A stretch of 64,000 bases of DNA, taken from contig DASYVD010000105.1 in assembly GCA_036000545.1 (NCBI GenBank), forward strand, positions 7,630 through 71,629. Direction: 5' to 3'. The DNA is from Actinomycetota bacterium (GTDB taxonomy: Bacteria > Actinomycetota > UBA4738 > CALAEC01). The position numbers and the translations under genes were made by a program. The notes beneath the pieces were generated by a model. The model was not told the DNA's origin. It searched no databases and saw only the letters and a list, made by a program, of their open reading frames with translations. Shown piece after piece: positions 25,307 through 33,432 of this stretch. How positions within the stretch are numbered: position 1 is the stretch's first letter; each line of letters begins with the position of its first letter.

Positions 25307-26482
25307 GTGACGGACGCGATGCAGCGCGCCGAGCGGGTGGCGGAGAAGCTCGGTTCGCGGGCGGCCCGATACGACGCGGCCGCGGAGTTCCCCCAGGAGG
25401 ATGTGGAAGACCTCCGGGCGGAGGGGCTCCTGGGGCTGATGGTGCCCACGGCTCTCGGCGGCATGGGCGCTGGGTTCGAGGAATACGTTCGGGTCGCCAT
25501 GGCCCTGGCCCGAGCCAGTGGATCCACGGCCCTGCTCTTCAACATGCACGCCTCGGTGACCGGTGGGCTGGCCTCCATCCCCGACGAGATGGCTCTGGCC
25601 CTCGGCTCCCCGGAGTCTTTCTTTGCCACCCGCGACAGCGTGCTTCGCGCCGCCGCCGAGGGAAGCGCCTACGGGGTGGCCATCAGCGAGCCGGAGGTCG
25701 GCTCCCGCTTTTCCGCCCTGCGGGCCACCTACGAGCCAGAGGGAGAGGGTTTCCGGATCCGAGGGAACAAATCGGCGGTCTCCGGCGCCGGATACCTGGA
25801 CGCCTATCTGGTGGCCGCCCGGCGCGCCGGTGGTAACGACTCCGTCATCTCCTACTTCCTGGTTCCGGAGGGTCCCGGGCTCTCCGTCGAGCGAACGTGG
25901 GACCCTCTCGGGATGCGGGCCACGGCAAGCAACGCGCTCACCATCGATGCGCACGTTCCCGGCGAGGCCCTGTTGGGCGGGGTCGAGGGTCTCGTCTTGC
26001 CACTGGCTCACGGGATGCCCCAATGGTTGGTGGCCTCCTACGCGGCCGTGTACGTAGGTCTCGCCCAGGGCGCTGTCGACGAGGCGGTCGCCTACATCCG
26101 CCGCAGGAGCGTGGCCGGAGAGCGAGGAGGGCTGGCGCGGCTTGCGTCGGTTCGGGCGCGGGTGGGGAGGGCGGAGGCAGACGTCAGTGCGGCCCGACTC
26201 ACCTTGGAGCACGCCGCCCGGCTGGTGGAGCTCCAGCCGGGAGAGCCCGAGACGAACCGATGGGTCTACCGAGCCAAGCTCCTGGCCGGGGAAGGGGCGA
26301 TGCGCGCGGCTGCGAGCCTCGCGGAGGCCTGCGGCCTCGGGGCCCTCCAGCGCGGTTCGCCGCTCGAGCGCATCTTCCGCGACGCCCGAAGCGGCTCCAT
26401 CATGCCGCCTCCCAGCGACGTGAGCGCCGAGTTCCTCGGGGCGGCCGCACTGGGCGTGGAGGACGAGGTGCGGCCGTGGTAG
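25307..26482 (+). CDS. acyl-CoA dehydrogenase family protein
   Basis: 391 aa; the N-terminus (AAEFPQEDVEDLRAEGLLGLMVPTALGGMG) and overall layout are those of ACAD-fold flavoproteins. GTG start behind GGGAGG. Confidence 0.85.
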   Translation: MTDAMQRAERVAEKLGSRAARYDAAAEFPQEDVEDLRAEGLLGLMVPTALGGMGAGFEEYVRVAMALARASGSTALLFNMHASVTGGLASIPDEMALALGSPESFFATRDSVLRAAAEGSAYGVAISEPEVGSRFSALRATYEPEGEGFRIRGNKSAVSGAGYLDAYLVAARRAGGNDSVISYFLVPEGPGLSVERTWDPLGMRATASNALTIDAHVPGEALLGGVEGLVLPLAHGMPQWLVASYAAVYVGLAQGAVDEAVAYIRRRSVAGERGGLARLASVRARVGRAEADVSAARLTLEHAARLVELQPGEPETNRWVYRAKLLAGEGAMRAAASLAEACGLGALQRGSPLERIFRDARSGSIMPPPSDVSAEFLGAAALGVEDEVRPW

Positions 26483-27519
26483 CCGCGGCGGTGGCCGGCC
26501 TGGGATCGGCCTTCCCCGGAAAGGTATCCCAGGACCAGCTCTGGGAGGATTTCTTCGAACAGCACCACCGAGGCAGTCGTGGAGCGGGGCTGATCTGGCG
26601 GAGATCGGGGGTTCGGTCCCGACACGGCGTGGCGATCCCTCCCGGCGAGGACGTGAGCGACTGGGGAACGGAAGCGCGGATGCGGCGGTTCCACAGGGAT
26701 GCCCGGGCGATGGCCAGAGAAGCGGTGGGCGCCTGCCTGAGCGACGCGTCGCTGGAACCGAGCCAGGTCGGCCTGCTCGCCCTGGTCACGTGCACCGGGT
26801 ACACGGCACCGGGGATCGACGTCCAGGTGGCCCGGGACCTCGGGATGGGAGACGACGTCCACCGCCTGCTGGTGGGGCACATGGGTTGCCATGCGGCGGT
26901 CCCCGCCCTGGCCACAGTGGCCGACGCGTCCTCGGCCCGCGGCCTGGTGAGCGTGGTGGCCTGCGTCGAGCTGTGCAGCCTGCACCTGCAACCTCCCACG
27001 ACCGACCTCGCCCAGGTCACGGCGAACGCCCTCTTCGCGGACGCCGCCGCCGCGGCCGTCGTGGTGCCGGAGGGTCGGGGGCTGGGCTTCCTCGACGTCG
27101 CGTCCCGGACCGACCCAGATCTGGGCTTCCTGATGACCTGGGACCTGACGGACAAGGGCTTCCGGATGGGCCTCTCCCCGGAGCTGCCTGGGGCCCTGGG
27201 CGGACACGTGGAAACGGTCGTCGGAAAGCTGCTGGCGGGCCACGGGCTGATGCCCCAGGACGTGGCGGCCTGGGCGGTGCATCCGGGGGGACCACGGGTC
27301 CTCGACGTGGTGGCCGATCGGCTGCGGCTTTCCGACGACGATCTGGCCGAGTCGACGGAGGTCCTCCGTGATCGGGGGAACTGTTCGTCGGCCACCGTCC
27401 TGCTGGTGCTGGAGCGGATCGAGCGGGCGCGCAAGCTATCCGACGGCGATCACGTGGTCTGTCTGACCTTCGGCCCGGGACTGACCCTTTCCGCGGCCCT
27501 CCTGCGGAAGTCGCGCTGA
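26476..27519 (+). CDS. type III polyketide synthase (chalcone/stilbene synthase family)
   Basis: The Cys-His-Asn triad contexts are present: GHMGCHAAV (Cys), WAVHPGGPRVLD (His), RGNCSSATVLLVLE (Asn), plus the C-terminal LTFGPGLT signature. The GTG start at 26476 overlaps the ACAD stop (GTGGTAG). Confidence 0.85.
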   Translation: MVAAAVAGLGSAFPGKVSQDQLWEDFFEQHHRGSRGAGLIWRRSGVRSRHGVAIPPGEDVSDWGTEARMRRFHRDARAMAREAVGACLSDASLEPSQVGLLALVTCTGYTAPGIDVQVARDLGMGDDVHRLLVGHMGCHAAVPALATVADASSARGLVSVVACVELCSLHLQPPTTDLAQVTANALFADAAAAAVVVPEGRGLGFLDVASRTDPDLGFLMTWDLTDKGFRMGLSPELPGALGGHVETVVGKLLAGHGLMPQDVAAWAVHPGGPRVLDVVADRLRLSDDDLAESTEVLRDRGNCSSATVLLVLERIERARKLSDGDHVVCLTFGPGLTLSAALLRKSR

Positions 27520-27543
27520 TCCGGCCTGCGCGTCGTGCCGCGC

Positions 27544-30222
27544 TCAGTGTCCGGCGGGGGCGGCGTCCGCCCAGTCCTTCCCCCAGCCAACCTCCACCCG
27601 GAGCGGGACTGTCATCTCGTAGGCGTGCTCCATCTCAGAGCGGACCGCGCCGGCGACCTGCTCGACGGCCTCTCCGTCCACCTCGAGCACCAGCTCGTCG
27701 TGCACGGTCAAGAGAAGCTCGGCAGGGAGCGACTCCACCGCGGTCCCCACACGGATCATCGCCAGCTTGAGGATGTCCGCCGCGGAGCCCTGGATGGGTG
27801 CGTTGAGGGCCATCCGCCGGCCGAGGTCTCGGATCCGAGGGTTTGGGTGTTGAAGCTCTGGGAGATACCGGCGGCGACCCAGGATCGTAGCGGTGAAGCC
27901 TTCCGCGGCCGCCATGCCGACCTGGCGCTCGAGGAACTCTCGCACTCGGGGAAACCCCGCGAAATACGCGTCGATGAATGCCTGGGCCTCGTCGGGGGGG
28001 ATCCCAAGGCGCTGGGCCAGTCCGTACGCGTTCATGCCGTACGCCAGTCCGTAATTGACCATCTTGGCGAACCGCCGCATCTCCGGATCAACCTGATCGA
28101 TCGGTAGCCGATACACCTTCGCTGCTGTGACCGCGTGGATGTCCTGGTCGGAGGCGAAGGCATCCGCCAGCCCCTCATCTCCGGAGAGGTGCGCCAGCAC
28201 CCGCAGCTCGATCTGGGAGTAGTCGGCGACCAACAGGAGGCGATCCGGCGACCCCGGCACGAACGCCTTGCGGATCTGTCGCCCCAGCTCCCCGCGGACC
28301 GGGATGTTCTGGAGGTTCGGGTTCACGGAGGACAACCGCCCCGTGGCCGCCGCGACCTGGTTGAAGGTGGTGCGGAGCCGTCCGTCCTCCGGGCTGACCA
28401 GCGGAGGCAGCGCGTCGAGGTACGTCGACTTGAGCTTCGACAGCTCCCGGTAGCGGATCAGGGCGTCGACGATCGGGTGATGGTCGCGGAGCTTCTCGAG
28501 GACGTCGGCTTCCGTCGAGGGCGCCCGGCCTTTCATGGTTCGCTTCAAGATCGGGAGACGGAGCTTCTCGTAGAGGATCACGCCGAGCTGCGGGGGGGAG
28601 CCGATGTTGAACTCCTCTCCGGCGTGCGTGTAGATCTCCTCCTCCAGCGTCCGCATGCGGTCGCCAACCTCCTCCGACATCTGACGGAGGTACTCCACGT
28701 CGAGGGCGACTCCGGCGGCCTGCATCCGGGCAAGCACGGTAGCCAGGGGAAGCTCCACGTCCTCAAGCAGGCTCCGCACTCCTTCCCGCTGGACGCGATC
28801 CAGGAGCACCGGGGCGAGGAGAGCGACCGCCGCGGCTTCGGTGGCCGTGGCCCTCCACGTCTCGCCCTCCCCCTCGGTCCCTTCGATGGCCAGCTGAGCC
28901 TGTCCGCCGTCGTCCTCCTCGACCGATCCCGCGGTCATCAGGTCGGTCCCCAGGTACCGGCGGGTCAGCTCCGACAGCGGATAGGCGGCTTCTCCCGGCT
29001 CCAACAGATAGGCGGCCAGCAGGGTGTCGAGGGTCACCCCGTCGACGACCACCCCGAGACGACGCGCGGCGGCCTGGAGCTCCTTGGCGTCGTGGACCCA
29101 CTTCGGCCGGCCCGGGTCGGCCAGCCAGGCTCGTGCGGCTTCCGGAAAGGCCCCGTCGAGCGGAAGGTACGCGGCTTGCCCGCCGCCGGGTGAGACCGCC
29201 AGCCCGACCGCACGGGTCCCCTCGGAAACGAGAGCTGCACCGCGAGGAGCGTCTCCGGCGAGCAGGGTTTGCAGGTCTCGATCCACCGCCAGCTCCAGCT
29301 CCAGCTCGGCCGCTTCCACCTGCGGCTTCGTGACCCCGATCTCCTCCAGCCGTTCCAGGAGGCTCCGGAACTCCAGCGAGTTGAACAGGCGCCTCACGGC
29401 GTCGGGGTCCCACTCCCCCATCACGCAGTCGTCCACATCCAGAGGAAGGTCGAGGTCCGTCTCGAGGCGGGCAAGGTCCTTGTTCACCGAGAGCTGATCC
29501 GCGGCGGTCTGGATGCCGGTCCGCAGCTTCGGGGAGAGCTCGCCGGCGTGGCTGACCACGTCCTCGACGCTCCCGTACTGCTGGACCAGCCGCGACGCCG
29601 TCTTCTCCCCCACCCCGGGGATGCCCGGGATGTTGTCGGATGGATCCCCCTTGAGAGCCACGTAATCGAGGTACTTCTCCGGCGGAAGGCCGAATCGCTT
29701 CTCGACCGCCTCCCGGTCGTACATCACGATGTCCGAGATCCCCTTGCGGTTGAACATTACCCGGATGCCGTCCCCGACGAGCTGGAAGAAGTCACGGTCG
29801 GCGGTGACCACCACCGCCTCCAGCCCCCTGACCGCCGCCCGCACGGCGAGCGTGGCGATGGCGTCATCGGCCTCGTGTCCCTCGATCTCGACGATGGGGA
29901 CTCGCAGCGTCTCCAGCACCTCTCGGATGAGGGGAAGCTGCTGGCGGAACTCGTCGGGAGCCTCCGTACGCTGAGCCTTGTAGTCGGCGTACTTCTCCAG
30001 ACGGACGGTCGGCGCCCCCTTGTCGAAGGCCACCGCGATGAGCTCCGGTCGCTCCTCGGCCAGGAGCTTGATGAGCATGGAGGTGAAGCCGTACACGGCG
30101 TTGGTTACCTGGCCAGTGCTCGTGGCGAGCGTCGTGGGCAGGGCGAAGAAGGCTCGGAAGGACAGGCTGTGTCCGTCGAGGAGGAAGATCCGCTTGCGCT
30201 CAGGCGCCCTCGAGCTCGGCAT
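27544..30222 (-). CDS. polA: DNA polymerase I
   Basis: 892 aa; 5'-3' exonuclease N-terminus (IFLLDGHSLSFRAFFAL) and polymerase motifs (DYSQIELRVLAH, RRFAKMVNYGLAYGM, LLTVHDELVLEV). Confidence 0.97.
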   Translation of the reverse strand: MPSSRAPERKRIFLLDGHSLSFRAFFALPTTLATSTGQVTNAVYGFTSMLIKLLAEERPELIAVAFDKGAPTVRLEKYADYKAQRTEAPDEFRQQLPLIREVLETLRVPIVEIEGHEADDAIATLAVRAAVRGLEAVVVTADRDFFQLVGDGIRVMFNRKGISDIVMYDREAVEKRFGLPPEKYLDYVALKGDPSDNIPGIPGVGEKTASRLVQQYGSVEDVVSHAGELSPKLRTGIQTAADQLSVNKDLARLETDLDLPLDVDDCVMGEWDPDAVRRLFNSLEFRSLLERLEEIGVTKPQVEAAELELELAVDRDLQTLLAGDAPRGAALVSEGTRAVGLAVSPGGGQAAYLPLDGAFPEAARAWLADPGRPKWVHDAKELQAAARRLGVVVDGVTLDTLLAAYLLEPGEAAYPLSELTRRYLGTDLMTAGSVEEDDGGQAQLAIEGTEGEGETWRATATEAAAVALLAPVLLDRVQREGVRSLLEDVELPLATVLARMQAAGVALDVEYLRQMSEEVGDRMRTLEEEIYTHAGEEFNIGSPPQLGVILYEKLRLPILKRTMKGRAPSTEADVLEKLRDHHPIVDALIRYRELSKLKSTYLDALPPLVSPEDGRLRTTFNQVAAATGRLSSVNPNLQNIPVRGELGRQIRKAFVPGSPDRLLLVADYSQIELRVLAHLSGDEGLADAFASDQDIHAVTAAKVYRLPIDQVDPEMRRFAKMVNYGLAYGMNAYGLAQRLGIPPDEAQAFIDAYFAGFPRVREFLERQVGMAAAEGFTATILGRRRYLPELQHPNPRIRDLGRRMALNAPIQGSAADILKLAMIRVGTAVESLPAELLLTVHDELVLEVDGEAVEQVAGAVRSEMEHAYEMTVPLRVEVGWGKDWADAAPAGH

Positions 30223-30266
30223 GTTCGGGACGGCCGGTGCCGTCTCGCCGATTGTAGACTCACGCC

Positions 30267-30965
30267 ATGGCCGCGACCGCCAACGACCTTCCCCTCCCCG
30301 AGTATCTCGAAGCCCTGTACGAGATGCAGGAGGAGGGCATCCCCACCCACCAGGCTCGGCTGGCCGAGTGGTTGGGTGTCTCGGCGGCCTCCGTCTCGGA
30401 GGCGATCAAGCGGCTGACACAACGGGGGCTGGTCCGGACAGGAGACGATCGCAAGGTCGGGTTCACCCCAGAGGGACAAGCCGCCGCCCAAACCCTGGTA
30501 CGACGCCACCGCCTGGCCGAGCGCTTCCTGGTGGAGGTGGTGAAGCTGCCGTGGCACCTTGCCCACGAGGAGGCAACACGGTGGGGTCGGGCGATCTCCG
30601 ACGCGGTCGAGGAGCGGATGGTGGAGCTCCTCGGGGACCCGGGCACGTGCGTACACGGGAACCCCATACCCGGCTCACGAAACGCACCGGATCAGCGGGC
30701 CCTGCGTCCTCTCAATGAGATGAGCTCGGGGGATCGGGTGGTCTTGGAGCGTCTCACGGAGGACCTCGAGCTGGACCTCTCGATCATGCGGTTCTTCGAG
30801 GAAAGCGGGCTGATGCCGGGGTCGGACATCGACGTGGTGGGAGTGGCCCCCGACGGGACCATGACCCTCTCGATCCGGGGGGAAAACGTGGGACTCGGGT
30901 CGCACCTCACCGACAATCTGTGGGTCCGGCAAGCCTCAGCCGCCGCTGCCGAGACCTCCGTTTGA
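30267..30965 (+). CDS. DtxR/IdeR/MntR-family metal-dependent transcriptional repressor with C-terminal FeoA/SH3-like domain
   Basis: EYLEALYEMQEEG...QARLAEWLGVSAASVSEAIKRLTQRGLV (winged helix-turn-helix), RRHRLAERFLVEVV and HEEATRWGRAIS (metal-site region). A TAGACT box ends 6 nt before the ATG, suggesting a leaderless mRNA. Confidence 0.88.
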   Translation: MAATANDLPLPEYLEALYEMQEEGIPTHQARLAEWLGVSAASVSEAIKRLTQRGLVRTGDDRKVGFTPEGQAAAQTLVRRHRLAERFLVEVVKLPWHLAHEEATRWGRAISDAVEERMVELLGDPGTCVHGNPIPGSRNAPDQRALRPLNEMSSGDRVVLERLTEDLELDLSIMRFFEESGLMPGSDIDVVGVAPDGTMTLSIRGENVGLGSHLTDNLWVRQASAAAAETSV

Positions 30966-30991
30966 CGCAAATCCGATCTCCTGGATAGTAT
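30962..30991 (+). promoter_or_regulatory. putative promoter of the FTR1 gene (TTGACG-N18-TAGTAT)
   Basis: A -35-like TTGACG (30962-30967) and a TAnnnT-type -10 TAGTAT (30986-30991) lie in the locally AT-richer spacer upstream of 31048. Confidence 0.35.
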
Positions 30992-31013
30992 TTCGGATAG
31001 TCGTACGTCATTG

Positions 31014-31029
31014 GTTAGGTATGCCTAAC
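31014..31029. promoter_or_regulatory. imperfect palindrome GTTAGGTATGCCTAAC, candidate metal-repressor operator
   Basis: 14 of 16 positions are self-complementary, with TTAGG/CCTAA half-sites as in DtxR/IdeR iron boxes but closer spacing. It lies between the putative promoter and the FTR1 start, next to the DtxR-family gene. Confidence 0.5.
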
Positions 31030-31047
31030 ATCTAACGGGGGAGGCAG

Positions 31048-31908
31048 ATGGGCGCCGCGTTCCTGATCACCCTCCGCGAGGGCATGGAGGCCGCGCTGAT
31101 CGTGGTCATCATCCTGGCCTACCTTCGGTCGGTCGGTCGATCCGACCGCTTCTCCCTCGTGTGGGGCGGGGTCGGTGCCGCCGCCGGAGTCAGCCTGGTT
31201 GCCGGGGCGATCATCTTCGCGATAGCCGGCGGTCTGCCCCACACGGCAGGCGAGATCTTCGAGGGAGTGGCGAGCTTTCTGGCCGTCGGCGTCCTTACCT
31301 GGATGATCTTCTGGATGCGGCGCAACGCCATCCGCATCAAGAGCGAGCTCCACGGAAGGGTGGACCTGGCGCTGGCCTCCGGATCCGGCGTCGCCCTGGC
31401 AGCCCTGAGCTTCTTCGTGGTCGTACGAGAGGGGCTGGAGACCGTCTTGTTCCTGTTCAGCGCGTTCCAGGCTGGGTCGGATACTTCCGGGGCGCTGAAG
31501 TTCCTCGGGGCCGTCCTGGGTCTGGTGGTCGCCGTCGGGCTGGGCGTCCTCTTCTACAAGGGCGGCATCAGGCTCAATCTGCGAACCTTTTTCCGGGTGA
31601 CCGGGGTGCTCATCCTGGTCGTTGCCGCCAGCCTCCTCGTCTACGGCACGCACGAGCTGTACGAGGTTGGAGCGTTCCGTTTCCTGGAAGCCACCGGGCT
31701 GCTCACTCCCGCCGGCGCGGTTGGGGCCCTGACGGGACTGATCAACCGGATCGTGGTCGGCCTGCGGGGCCAGCCCACCTGGCTCGAGTTCGGGGCATGG
31801 CTTGCGTACCTCGCCTTCACCGGCGTTCTGTTCTTCCGCCCGGTTCGGGCGCCAGCACCGGGGCGTGCGCCGCGCGTCGGGCAGCCGCCGGATCGCGCTC
31901 GGACCTGA
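31048..31908 (+). CDS. FTR1/EfeU-family high-affinity iron permease
   Basis: Two REGxE motifs (ITLREGMEAAL and VVVREGLETVL) and about 7 TM segments. GGGGGAGG Shine-Dalgarno before the ATG. Confidence 0.85.
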   Translation: MGAAFLITLREGMEAALIVVIILAYLRSVGRSDRFSLVWGGVGAAAGVSLVAGAIIFAIAGGLPHTAGEIFEGVASFLAVGVLTWMIFWMRRNAIRIKSELHGRVDLALASGSGVALAALSFFVVVREGLETVLFLFSAFQAGSDTSGALKFLGAVLGLVVAVGLGVLFYKGGIRLNLRTFFRVTGVLILVVAASLLVYGTHELYEVGAFRFLEATGLLTPAGAVGALTGLINRIVVGLRGQPTWLEFGAWLAYLAFTGVLFFRPVRAPAPGRAPRVGQPPDRART

Positions 31909-31943
31909 ACCGGCCGGCCGTCACGAGCCGGTACACTCCCGCC

Positions 31944-32684
31944 GTGCCGCTTCCCATCGGGACCCTGATCAACGTTGTCACCGTGCTCGCCGGCACGGTT
32001 TTGGGAACCGTGGTCGGTGCCCGGCTGCCCGACCGGGTCCGAGAGACGGTCCTTCATTCGCTCGGCCTGGTGACGCTGCTCGTCGGGGCGGACGCCGGGC
32101 TCCAAGCGTTCCGCCCCCCTCTGACCGAGGCGGCTCCCCGAGCCAGCGTTCTGCTGGTGATGGGGAGCATACTGATCGGCGGCGTCGTCGGAGAGCTCGT
32201 GGGCATCGACGGAGGGTTGACCCGAGTCGGGGAGGCGCTTCGCACCCGCTTCGGGCGGGGCCAGTCCCGGTTCACCGAGGGGTTCGTCGTCGCGTCGCTC
32301 GTCTTCTGCGTGGGCCCGCTGACGATCCTCGGTTCCCTGCAGGACGGGCTCAGGGGCGACTACCGCCTCCTGGCCATCAAGGCGCTCCTGGACGGCTTCG
32401 CGGCGCTGGCGTTTGCTTCGGCTCTCGGGTGGGGGGTCGGGTTCTCCGCTCTGACGATCGTGGTGTATCAGGGAGGCTTGACCCTAGCGGCCGCGTCCGT
32501 CGCGGGAGTGTTCAGCGGCCCGGACGGGGATGTGCTCGTTGCCGCGATTACCGCGGTCGGCGGGGTGATGATCCTCGGGATCGGGCTGCGGCTGCTGGAA
32601 GTTCGCGAGGTGCGGGTGGCCAACCTCCTCCCCGCGCTGGTGCTCGGGCCCGTGGCCTTCGCCCTCGTCCGGGCGTGGGGGTGA
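31944..32684 (+). CDS. DUF554-family membrane protein
   Basis: The tail of track ORF 31161..32684 reads VPLPIGTLINVVTVLAGTVLGTVVG...FCVGPLTILGSLQDGLRGDYRLLAIKALLDGF, as I recall for DUF554/YdfK-like proteins. The GTG start was chosen by hand. Confidence 0.65.
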   Translation: MPLPIGTLINVVTVLAGTVLGTVVGARLPDRVRETVLHSLGLVTLLVGADAGLQAFRPPLTEAAPRASVLLVMGSILIGGVVGELVGIDGGLTRVGEALRTRFGRGQSRFTEGFVVASLVFCVGPLTILGSLQDGLRGDYRLLAIKALLDGFAALAFASALGWGVGFSALTIVVYQGGLTLAAASVAGVFSGPDGDVLVAAITAVGGVMILGIGLRLLEVREVRVANLLPALVLGPVAFALVRAWG

Positions 32685-32794
32685 GTCTTTGTCACACTTT
32701 TCAGGTAACGGCGCGCTTTTTTCGCCCGCGCAGGACCGCGGCGCTACCTGCGCCGTTGCATCGAAATCGTTGCCCCACAAGGATCTTGGCGTTG

Positions 32795-32824
32795 TTGACA
32801 GCGCAAAGAGGCGCTTGCTAACGT
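32795..32824 (+). promoter_or_regulatory. near-consensus promoter TTGACA-N18-TAACGT in a gene-free gap
   Basis: TTGACA at 32795-32800 and a TAnnnT-type -10 at 32819-32824. No ORF follows; it points into the hairpin-rich region. Confidence 0.35.
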
Positions 32825-32825
32825 T

Positions 32826-33045
32826 CGCTCCGGTCCCGAGCGGCCGTAGGGACCGGCGAGGAGCCGGAAGGCTCCGAGCAAGGATCGAGAGCCTCGGCTC
32901 TCGGACCCAGCCCGGACCATCTGTCCTCGGCGGTTACGAAAGTTGCTCGGGACCAAACTTTGACGGACCCGAGGGACCGAGTAGATAACGCTCGCGTTTG
33001 GGGAAGGCGTGAGCGGCTCCAAAGGCCCCTCGGGTCCGTCTTCAA
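32826..33045 (+). ncRNA. candidate structured small RNA of unknown family (strand and ends tentative)
   Basis: Lies downstream of the promoter-like element. Long-range 10-bp pairing joins GGTCCCGAGC (32832-41) to GCTCGGGACC (32945-54). This encloses a GGAGCC-GGAA-GGCTCC hairpin (32860-75) and a CGAGAGC-CTCG-GCTCTCG hairpin (32886-903). A second domain pairs GACGGACCCGAGGG (32962-75) with CCCTCGGGTCCGTC (33027-40), enclosing CGCTCGCG/CGTGAGCG (32989-96/33008-15). Confidence 0.3.
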
Positions 33046-33054
33046 TCTCCGGAC

Positions 33055-33432
33055 CTACCCCACCACCACGAGATCGCCGGTCATCCCCAGGTCGGCGTGG
33101 TACTTGCAGAACAGCCGGTAACGCCCCGGACCGTCCACCAGCGAACCGAGCGACGAGATGGTGAAGCTCGTATCCGGTTCGAGGTCCCGGCTCAGGGTGG
33201 TCCCGGCGATGGTGACGTTGTGGAGGTTCCGCCCCTCGTTCTTGAACACCAGGGACCGATCCAGAGCGAGTGGCTCCGAAGGGTGCGCGTCGTGGAAATG
33301 ATTGTCGACCGCGGTGACCACGTACGGGCGGCTGGGGTCCTGGAGGATGGTGGGTGAGGACCCGTTCCCCTCCCCAACGCAGGCGGCGGAGGAGAGGAAC
33401 ACGAGGAGAACTACCAACGCGGCGGCGCGCAT
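33055..33432 (-). CDS. cupredoxin (plastocyanin/amicyanin-like type-1 copper protein), probable lipoprotein
   Basis: [22 protein letters not shown] signal with Cys. Copper ligands are NLHNVTI (His) and FCKYHADLGMTG (Cys-x2-His-x4-Met). The ATG overlaps the stop of the upstream ABC ATPase gene (TGATG). Confidence 0.7.
   Translation of the reverse strand: MRAAALVVLLVFLSSAACVGEGNGSSPTILQDPSRPYVVTAVDNHFHDAHPSEPLALDRSLVFKNEGRNLHNVTIAGTTLSRDLEPDTSFTISSLGSLVDGPGRYRLFCKYHADLGMTGDLVVVG

Noticed and set aside
25897-26475. Upstream extension of the type III PKS ORF (540-aa version)
   Set aside because: It overlaps the ACAD gene out of frame and is Arg/Gly-rich. PKS homology starts near the GTG at 26476.
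31011-31035. Canonical 19-bp IdeR/DtxR iron box
   Set aside because: The TTAGG/CCTAA half-sites are present, but their spacing is shorter than in the consensus. It is reported only as a related palindrome.
32826-33045. Known housekeeping RNAs (SRP/4.5S, RNase P, tmRNA) as the identity of the structured gap
   Set aside because: There is no GAGGAAAGUCCGG (RNase P) and no tRNA-like 3' end or tag ORF (tmRNA). The GGAA tetraloop hairpin has a 6-bp closing stem and lacks the SRP domain IV loop spacing (GGAAGCAGCC). 6S/Ms1-like RNA cannot be excluded by eye.
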